From the NCBI GenBank assembly GCA_963834685.1, contig CAWICW010000040.1:10124-34123 (forward strand): a stretch of 24,000 nt of DNA, read 5' to 3'. The notes below the pieces were generated by a model. That model saw only the letters and a list, made by a program, of their open reading frames with translations. It had not been told where the DNA came from and did not search any database. The position numbers and the translations under genes are program-made. Origin of the DNA: an uncultured Actinomycetes bacterium (GTDB lineage: Bacteria; Actinomycetota; Actinomycetes; Streptosporangiales; Streptosporangiaceae). Each line of letters begins with the position of its first letter. Position 1 is the stretch's first letter. This document shows, piece after piece, positions 18,353-24,000 of the stretch.

Positions 18353-19396
18353 ATGACCCAGGCCGCGGAAGAGCCGGTCCTGCATATTCTCTGGATGAAC
18401 GGGGGCCTTGGTTGTGACGGGGACTCGGTGGCGCTGACCGCCGCGACCCAGCCGAGCATCGAGGAGATCGTGCTCGGGGCGCTGCCGGGACTGCCCAAGG
18501 TGGCGGTGCACTGGCCGCTGATCGACTTCGAGTGCGGGCCCGAGCAGGGCGCCGACAACTTCATCGAGTGGTGGCACAAGGCAGACCGGGGCGAACTCGA
18601 CCCGTTCGTCCTGGTCGTCGAGGGATCCATCCCCAACGAGGCGATCAAGTCCGAGGGTTACTGGTGCGGCTTCGGCAACAACCCGGCGACCGGGCAGCCG
18701 ATGACCACCAACGAGTGGCTCGACCGGCTCGCCCCCAAGGCGACCGCCATCCTGGCCGTGGGCACCTGTGCCACCTACGGCGGCATCCACGCCATGGCGG
18801 GCAACCCGACCGGCGCCATGGGCGTGCCGGACTACCTCGGCTGGAGCTGGAAGTCCAAGGCCGGCCTGCCGATCGTCTGCGTGCCGGGCTGCCCGATCCA
18901 GCCGGACAACCTGTCCGAGACCATCCTGTACCTGCTCTACCAGGTCGCCGGCCAGGCGCCGATGATCCCGCTGGACGAGGCGCTACGGCCCAAGTGGCTG
19001 TTCGACGCCACCGTGCACCAGGGCTGCGACCGGGCCGGGTACTACGAAGAAGGCGACTTCGCGACCGAGTACGGCTCGCCCTCGTGCCTGGTCAAGCTGG
19101 GCTGCTGGGGTCCCGTGGTCAAGTGCAACGTGCCCAAGCGGGGCTGGATCAACGGCGTGGGCGGCTGCCCGAACGTGGGCGGCATCTGCATCGCCTGCAC
19201 GATGCCCGGCTTCCCGGACAAGTTCATGCCGTTCATGGACAAGCCGCCGGGCGCGACGGTATCGACGACCGCTAGCGGCATGTACGGCACGGTCATACGC
19301 AGTCTCCGGAGCTTCACGGCCAAGACGCTGGACAAGGAACCGAAGTGGCGCGTGAAGGGCTCCGAACTCCGCACCGGCTACCAGAAGACGTGGTGA
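18353..19396 (+). CDS. hhyS: High-affinity (group 1h/5) [NiFe]-hydrogenase small subunit
   Basis: HILWMNGGLGCDGDSVALTAATQPSIEEIVLGALPGLPKV..., AVGTCATYGGIHAM, CVPGCPIQPDNL, GCDRAGYYEEGDF, LGCWGPVVKCNVPKRGWINGVGGCPNVGGICIACTMPGFPD. Confidence 0.96.
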   Translation: MTQAAEEPVLHILWMNGGLGCDGDSVALTAATQPSIEEIVLGALPGLPKVAVHWPLIDFECGPEQGADNFIEWWHKADRGELDPFVLVVEGSIPNEAIKSEGYWCGFGNNPATGQPMTTNEWLDRLAPKATAILAVGTCATYGGIHAMAGNPTGAMGVPDYLGWSWKSKAGLPIVCVPGCPIQPDNLSETILYLLYQVAGQAPMIPLDEALRPKWLFDATVHQGCDRAGYYEEGDFATEYGSPSCLVKLGCWGPVVKCNVPKRGWINGVGGCPNVGGICIACTMPGFPDKFMPFMDKPPGATVSTTASGMYGTVIRSLRSFTAKTLDKEPKWRVKGSELRTGYQKTW

Positions 19397-19403
19397 ACAT
19401 ACG

Positions 19404-21212
19404 ATGACCTCACTTGAGTACGGAGAGAGCACAGGCGCCGGCGACGCCGAACTCACCGAGATGACCTGGGATCCCATCACCCGGATCGTCGGCAGCCTGG
19501 GTATCTATACCAAGATCGACTTCAAGGCCAAGCGGGTCGCGGAGTGCCATAGCACCTCATCGATCTTCCGCGGCTACAGCATCTTCATGAAGGGGAAAGA
19601 CCCGCGGGACGCGCACTTCATCACCAGCCGGATCTGCGGGATCTGCGGTGACAACCACGCGACCTGCTCGGTCTACAACCAGAACATGGCCTACGGCGTC
19701 CGCCCGCCGCACCTCGGCGAGTGGATCATCAACCTGGGCGAGGCCGCGGAGTACATGTTCGACCACAACATCTTCCAGGAGAACCTGGTCGGGGTGGATT
19801 TCTGCGAGAAGATGGTGGCCGAGACCAACCCGGGCGTGCTGGAGATGGCCAACCACACCGAGGCGCCACACGCGGGCGACCACGGCTACCGCACCATCGG
19901 CGACATCATGCGCTCGCTGAACCCGCTGGAGGGCGAGTTCTACCGCGAGGCGCTCCAGGTGAGCCGGTCCACCAGGGAGATGTTCTGCCTGATGGAAGGC
20001 CGCCACGTGCACCCGTCCACGCTGTACCCGGGCGGGGTGGGCACGGTCGCCACGGTGCAGCTGTTCACCGACTACCTGACCCGGCTGATGCGTTACGTGG
20101 AGTTCATGAAGCGGGTCGTGCCGATGCACGACGACCTGTTCGACTTCTTCTACGAGGCGCTCCCCGGATACGAGGAAGTCGGCCGGCGGCGGGTGCTGCT
20201 CGGCTGCTGGGGTAGCCTCAACGACCCCGAGTACTGCGACTTCACCTACCGGAACATGGCCTCGTGGGGCCGGAAGATGTTCGTCTCGCCCGGCGTGGTG
20301 GTGGACGGGCAGCTGGTCACCAACAGCCTGGTCGACATCAATCTGGGCATCAGGATCCTGCTCGGTCACTCGTATTACGAGGACTGGGAGGACAAGGAGA
20401 TGTTCGTCACCCACGACGAGCTCGGCAACCCGGTCGACCGGCGCCACCCGTGGAACCAGCACACGATCCCGCGGCCCGCCAAGCGCGACTTCGACGACAA
20501 GTACAGCTGGACCATGTCGCCGCGCTGGTTCGACGGGAAGGACTACCTGCCGCTGGACACCGGCGGCGGCCCGATCGCCCGGCTGTGGGCCACCGCGCTC
20601 GGCGGCCTGGTCGACTGCGGCTACGTGCAGTCCACCGGGCACAGCGTGAAGATCAACCTGCCGCGGACCATGTCCCGGCCGGAAACCACCTTCGAGTGGA
20701 AGATCCCGCACGACAAGCAGGGCCAGCCGCTGTCCAACGCGATCGAGCGGGACCGGGCCCGGACCTACTTCCAGGCCTACGCGGCTGCGCTCGGCGTGTA
20801 CTTCGTCGAGCAGGCGCTGGCCGAGATCCGGGCCGGGCGGACCAAGACCTGGGAATCATTCAACGTGCCCCAGGACGCGTTCAGCTGCGGGTTCACCGAG
20901 GCTGTCCGCGGCGTGCTGTCGCACCACATGGTGATCAGGGACGGGAAGATCGCGAACTACCACCCGTACCCGCCCACGCCGTGGAACGGCAGCGTCCGCG
21001 ACACCTACGGGACGCCCGGGCCGTACGAGGACGCGGTGCAGAACACGCCGATCTTCGAGGAGAACCCGCCGGATAACTTCAAGGGCATCGACATCATGCG
21101 CGCCGTGCGCAGCTTCGACCCGTGCCTGCCCTGCGGCGTGCACATGTACCTCGGCGGCGGCAAGGTGCTCAAGACGGCGCACTCGCCCACTGGTGTGACA
21201 CTGGCAATGTAG
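19404..21212 (+). CDS. hhyL: High-affinity (group 1h/5) [NiFe]-hydrogenase large subunit
   Basis: L1 motif SRICGICGDNHATC and L2 motif DPCLPCGVHMYLGGGK; 602 aa; 7 nt after hhyS. Confidence 0.97.
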   Translation: MTSLEYGESTGAGDAELTEMTWDPITRIVGSLGIYTKIDFKAKRVAECHSTSSIFRGYSIFMKGKDPRDAHFITSRICGICGDNHATCSVYNQNMAYGVRPPHLGEWIINLGEAAEYMFDHNIFQENLVGVDFCEKMVAETNPGVLEMANHTEAPHAGDHGYRTIGDIMRSLNPLEGEFYREALQVSRSTREMFCLMEGRHVHPSTLYPGGVGTVATVQLFTDYLTRLMRYVEFMKRVVPMHDDLFDFFYEALPGYEEVGRRRVLLGCWGSLNDPEYCDFTYRNMASWGRKMFVSPGVVVDGQLVTNSLVDINLGIRILLGHSYYEDWEDKEMFVTHDELGNPVDRRHPWNQHTIPRPAKRDFDDKYSWTMSPRWFDGKDYLPLDTGGGPIARLWATALGGLVDCGYVQSTGHSVKINLPRTMSRPETTFEWKIPHDKQGQPLSNAIERDRARTYFQAYAAALGVYFVEQALAEIRAGRTKTWESFNVPQDAFSCGFTEAVRGVLSHHMVIRDGKIANYHPYPPTPWNGSVRDTYGTPGPYEDAVQNTPIFEENPPDNFKGIDIMRAVRSFDPCLPCGVHMYLGGGKVLKTAHSPTGVTLAM

Positions 21213-21229
21213 GCCCGTAGCGGGCGCCC

Positions 21230-21354
21230 GTCCCGCGAGCCAAAGGGCGCCGGCCCCGCCTGGACTGTGTTTTCCCCACAGACCCACCCCAGGCGCGACG
21301 AAGGAGCGACGAGGGAAGGCGGGGCCTCAAAAGGCGCCCGGAGGCGAGCGGGAC
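21230..21354. repeat. Imperfect long inverted repeat/stem-loop between hhyL and the nifU-like gene
   Basis: Left arm 21230-21260 (GTCCCGC..GGGCGCC..GGCCCCGCC) pairs with right arm 21318-21354 (GGCGGGGCC..GGCGCCC..GCGGGAC); 57-nt loop containing CTGTG-N7-CACAG. Confidence 0.75.
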
Positions 21355-21373
21355 ACAACAAAGGAGTGTGAGG

Positions 21374-21931
21374 ATGGCCGCAGGCCACGATGCGCAAAAG
21401 GCGGGTGAGCGGGTCGAAGCGCTGCTCGCCGAGCTGGGGTCGCAGGCCGGGCCGCAGGTCGCCGCCACCGCGGAAGAGCTGGTGAGCTGCCTGGTCGATC
21501 TCTACGGCGCCGGACTGGCCGAGATCGTCAAGATCATCGGCGCGGACGCGGAGGCCGGCCAGCGGCTGATGGGCCAGCTGGCCGGCGATCCGCTGGTGGA
21601 AAGCCTGCTGCTGCTGCATGACCTGCACCCGCTGCCGGTCGCGGACCGGGTCCGGCGCGCGATCGAGGCAGTCATGCCGCAACTCGGCGCGCACCCGGGC
21701 GAGGTGGAGTTCGACGGCGTCGACGACCAGGGCGTCATCCACCTGCGCCTGGAGCGCGGCGGCCACGGCTGCGGGTCCTCCTCGGGAGCGGTTCAGGCGG
21801 CCATCGAGGAGGCGGTAATCGCGGCGGCGCCGGAGGCGGCCGGCGTCGACGTCGACGTCGTCGCCCCGGAACCGGAGTTGCCGCTGCTGCAGATCAGCCG
21901 GCACCCGACGGCGGTCCGGGGGGCCCGGTGA
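21374..21931 (+). CDS. NifU C-terminal-domain-like protein, hydrogenase-associated
   Basis: IEAVMPQLGAHPGEVEFDGVDDQGVIHLRLERGGHGCGSSSGAVQAAIEEAVIAAAPEAAGVDVDVV; AAAGGAG RBS upstream. Confidence 0.8.
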   Translation: MAAGHDAQKAGERVEALLAELGSQAGPQVAATAEELVSCLVDLYGAGLAEIVKIIGADAEAGQRLMGQLAGDPLVESLLLLHDLHPLPVADRVRRAIEAVMPQLGAHPGEVEFDGVDDQGVIHLRLERGGHGCGSSSGAVQAAIEEAVIAAAPEAAGVDVDVVAPEPELPLLQISRHPTAVRGAR

Positions 21932-22743
21932 CCACCGGGGCCGAGGTATCCGGGAGCGGAGCGGCCGGGGCCGGTCCCGCCGGGCTGCGGCGCTTCGTCA
22001 AGCGGCCGGCGGGCGTACGCCCGGGCCCGCCGCCGGGTCTCCCCGCGTCGATCCAGGAGGTCCTGGCCGCGCGGGCCGCGGCCCGCTCCGATCGCGATGC
22101 GGCGGAGGGCACCGAGCGGTGCGAGATGTGCCGCGAGGCGCTCGGCGAGCGGCACGGGCACGTCGTGGACCTGGAGAAACGGTCGCTGGCCTGTACCTGC
22201 CGCGCGTGCTATCTGCTCTTCACCCATGAGGGGGCAGCAGGCGGCCGGTACCGGGCCGTGCCGGAGCACGTTTACCACGACCCTGGCCGGCCGCTCACCG
22301 ACGCGGACTGGAACGAGCTGCAGATCCCGGTGGCTATGGCGTTCTTCTTCCACAACTCGGCGCTGGACCGCGTGGTGGCCGGCTACCCCAGCCCCGGCGG
22401 CGCGACCGAGTGCGAGCTGGACCTGGCGGCCTGGGACCGGCTGGCCGCCGCCCACCCGCTGCTGGGAACGCTGGCCCCGGACGTGGAGGCCATCTTCGTC
22501 AACCGCACCGAATACGGGAACGAGATCTTCCTGATCCCGATCGACGAGTGCTACTCGCTGGTCGGCGAGCTGCGGATCAAATGGCAGGGGTTCGACGGCG
22601 GCGCCGAGGCCCACGCGGCCCTGGCCACCTTCCTGGACAGCTTGCGGCGCCGCGCGGTGCCGTTGGAGGGCAGGAGAAACGACCCGGACCTCAGGCCCGC
22701 ACCGCGCCTGCCCGAGCTGGAAGAGCCCGGGAGAGGGCACTGA
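21928..22743 (+). CDS. Conserved hydrogenase-cluster protein (DUF5947-like), Cys-rich N-terminal region
   Basis: RCEMCREALGERHGHVVDLEKRSLACTCRACYLLFTHEGAAGGRYRAVPEHV...; ATGA overlap with preceding gene. Family name recalled, not searched. Confidence 0.75.
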   Translation: MTTGAEVSGSGAAGAGPAGLRRFVKRPAGVRPGPPPGLPASIQEVLAARAAARSDRDAAEGTERCEMCREALGERHGHVVDLEKRSLACTCRACYLLFTHEGAAGGRYRAVPEHVYHDPGRPLTDADWNELQIPVAMAFFFHNSALDRVVAGYPSPGGATECELDLAAWDRLAAAHPLLGTLAPDVEAIFVNRTEYGNEIFLIPIDECYSLVGELRIKWQGFDGGAEAHAALATFLDSLRRRAVPLEGRRNDPDLRPAPRLPELEEPGRGH

Positions 22744-22744
22744 C

Positions 22745-23464
22745 ATGGCGGACCTCATCTTCGGCTGCACGGGCGCGACCGCGGAACGGTACGCGGCGAC
22801 CCCGACGCTCACGTTCGCGCTGACCATCACCGAGCGTTCCGGCGTGCGGGTGCACGCCATCGCGCTGCGCTGCCAGATCCGCATCGAACCGCACCGCCGG
22901 CGATACTCCGCGGCCGAGGCGCAGCGGCTGCACGACTTGTTCGGTGACCCGTCGCGGTGGGCCGAGACGGTCAAGCCGATCCAGCTCGCCACGGTGACCA
23001 CGATGGTGCCCACGTTCACCGCGGTGACCGAGACCAACGTGGAGGTGCCGGTCACCTATGACCTGGAGGTGACGTCGGCCCGCTACCTGTACGGGCTGGA
23101 CGACGGCACGGTCCCGCTGCTCCTGCTGTTCAGCGGGACCGTCTTCGTGGCCAACGGCGACGGCTTCTCGGTCGAGCTGGTGCCGTGGAGCGCCGAGGCC
23201 TCCTACCGGATGCCGGTGAGCATCTGGCGGGAGCTGGCCGACGTCCACTTCCCCAACAGCGCGTGGCTGCGCTGCAGCCGCGAGACGCTGGACGAGCTGT
23301 CGGCGTTCAAGGCCAAGCGCGCCCTGCCCACCTGGGACTCCACCCTGGAGGCCTTGCTGGCCGAGGCCCGCCAGGCCGAATCGGGCGCTTTGGCGGCTGG
23401 CTCCGCCGCGGAGCCTGGGGCCGGCCCGGACCCGGACGATCCGGCGGAGGCGAGACAGCCATGA
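22745..23464 (+). CDS. Conserved hydrogenase-cluster protein (DUF6084-like)
   Basis: MADLIFGCTGATAERYAATPTLTFALTITERSGVRVHAIALRCQIRIEPHRRRYSAAEAQRLHDLFGDPSRW...; directly follows DUF5947-like gene. Family name recalled, not searched. Confidence 0.72.
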   Translation: MADLIFGCTGATAERYAATPTLTFALTITERSGVRVHAIALRCQIRIEPHRRRYSAAEAQRLHDLFGDPSRWAETVKPIQLATVTTMVPTFTAVTETNVEVPVTYDLEVTSARYLYGLDDGTVPLLLLFSGTVFVANGDGFSVELVPWSAEASYRMPVSIWRELADVHFPNSAWLRCSRETLDELSAFKAKRALPTWDSTLEALLAEARQAESGALAAGSAAEPGAGPDPDDPAEARQP

Positions 23465-24000
23465 CCGACGCGGGCGTGAACCTCGACGCGGTGCGCCGCA
23501 TCGCCGACGCCGTCCTCTACGAGGGTTACATCCTGTACCCGTACCGGGCCTCATCCCAGAAGAACCGCAGCCGCTGGCAGTTCGGCGTGGTCATGGCGCC
23601 CGGGTACGCCGCGGTCGATCCCTCGGAGAGCAGCGTCACCCAGTCCGAGTGGGTGCTCGAGCACTCCGGGCAGCCCGCCGTCCAGGTCATCCTGCGGTTC
23701 CTGCACGTTCAGCGGCGCAGCACCGAAGGCGCGGCGGGCGCCTGGGACGAGGCGGTGGAACGCGAGATCGAGTTCACCGCCGGTCCCGACGACCTGCTCG
23801 GCCCGGGCCTGGTCAGGGAGTTCTCGATCCCCGGCGGGGAAGATCGCGAACCATCCGCAGACGCGGGGATGGCAGTCCGGCACCGGGAACCCCTGGCCGG
23901 CCTGGTTTGCGTGCGCACCACCCCGGTGCCGGGCCCGTGGCGGGCGGTCCGGCTCCAGGTCAAGGTGGAGAACCGGACCACGGCCGAGCCCGCGCCCGCG
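23461..24000 (+). CDS. Conserved hypothetical, hydrogenase-cluster accessory (3' end outside window)
   Basis: ATG 23461 overlaps previous stop (ATGA). MTDAGVNLDAVRRIADAVLYEGYILYPYRASSQKNRSRWQFGVVMAPGYA..., open to the window edge. Confidence 0.78.
   Translation, partial: MTDAGVNLDAVRRIADAVLYEGYILYPYRASSQKNRSRWQFGVVMAPGYAAVDPSESSVTQSEWVLEHSGQPAVQVILRFLHVQRRSTEGAAGAWDEAVEREIEFTAGPDDLLGPGLVREFSIPGGEDREPSADAGMAVRHREPLAGLVCVRTTPVPGPWRAVRLQVKVENRTTAEPAPA

Noticed and set aside
19557-20711. Minus-strand 384-aa ORF
   Set aside because: Antisense to hhyL, with biased composition.
21793-23055. Minus-strand 420-aa ORF
   Set aside because: Antisense to three well-supported, tightly packed accessory genes; no family motif seen.

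Overview
This is a high-GC actinobacterial window that reads as a trace-gas chemolithoautotrophy locus. A form I RuBisCO operon (cbbL-cbbS-cbbX, minus strand) sits with a GAF sensor kinase/NarL-type regulator pair. It lies opposite a plus-strand phosphoribulokinase - LysR (cbbR-like) - 45-aa membrane ORF - class I fructose-bisphosphate aldolase block. About 5 kb further on is a high-affinity (group 1h/5) [NiFe]-hydrogenase, hhyS-hhyL, followed by a NifU-like protein and three conserved accessory proteins; the last runs off the window. The left flank holds a partial ThDP enzyme, a VOC dioxygenase-like gene with an apparent 1-nt frameshift, a 28-bp tandem repeat, a CsoR/CstR-type repressor with matching operators and a thioredoxin, an ABC exporter, an internally deleted F420-dependent reductase remnant, an MFS exporter with a divergent TetR, and a GNAT. 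The most interesting items are: the physical linkage of hhySL and the Calvin genes; a degenerate-ATPase plus HTH regulator divergent from hhyS with a dyad-rich intergenic region; a long imperfect inverted repeat between hhyL and nifU-like; loss of the first Cys of the NifU CxxC; accessory proteins of unknown function; a translationally coupled 45-aa membrane ORF; and CsoR-like operators at both the regulator and the thioredoxin gene. All family calls come from reading motifs by eye; no database search was run.
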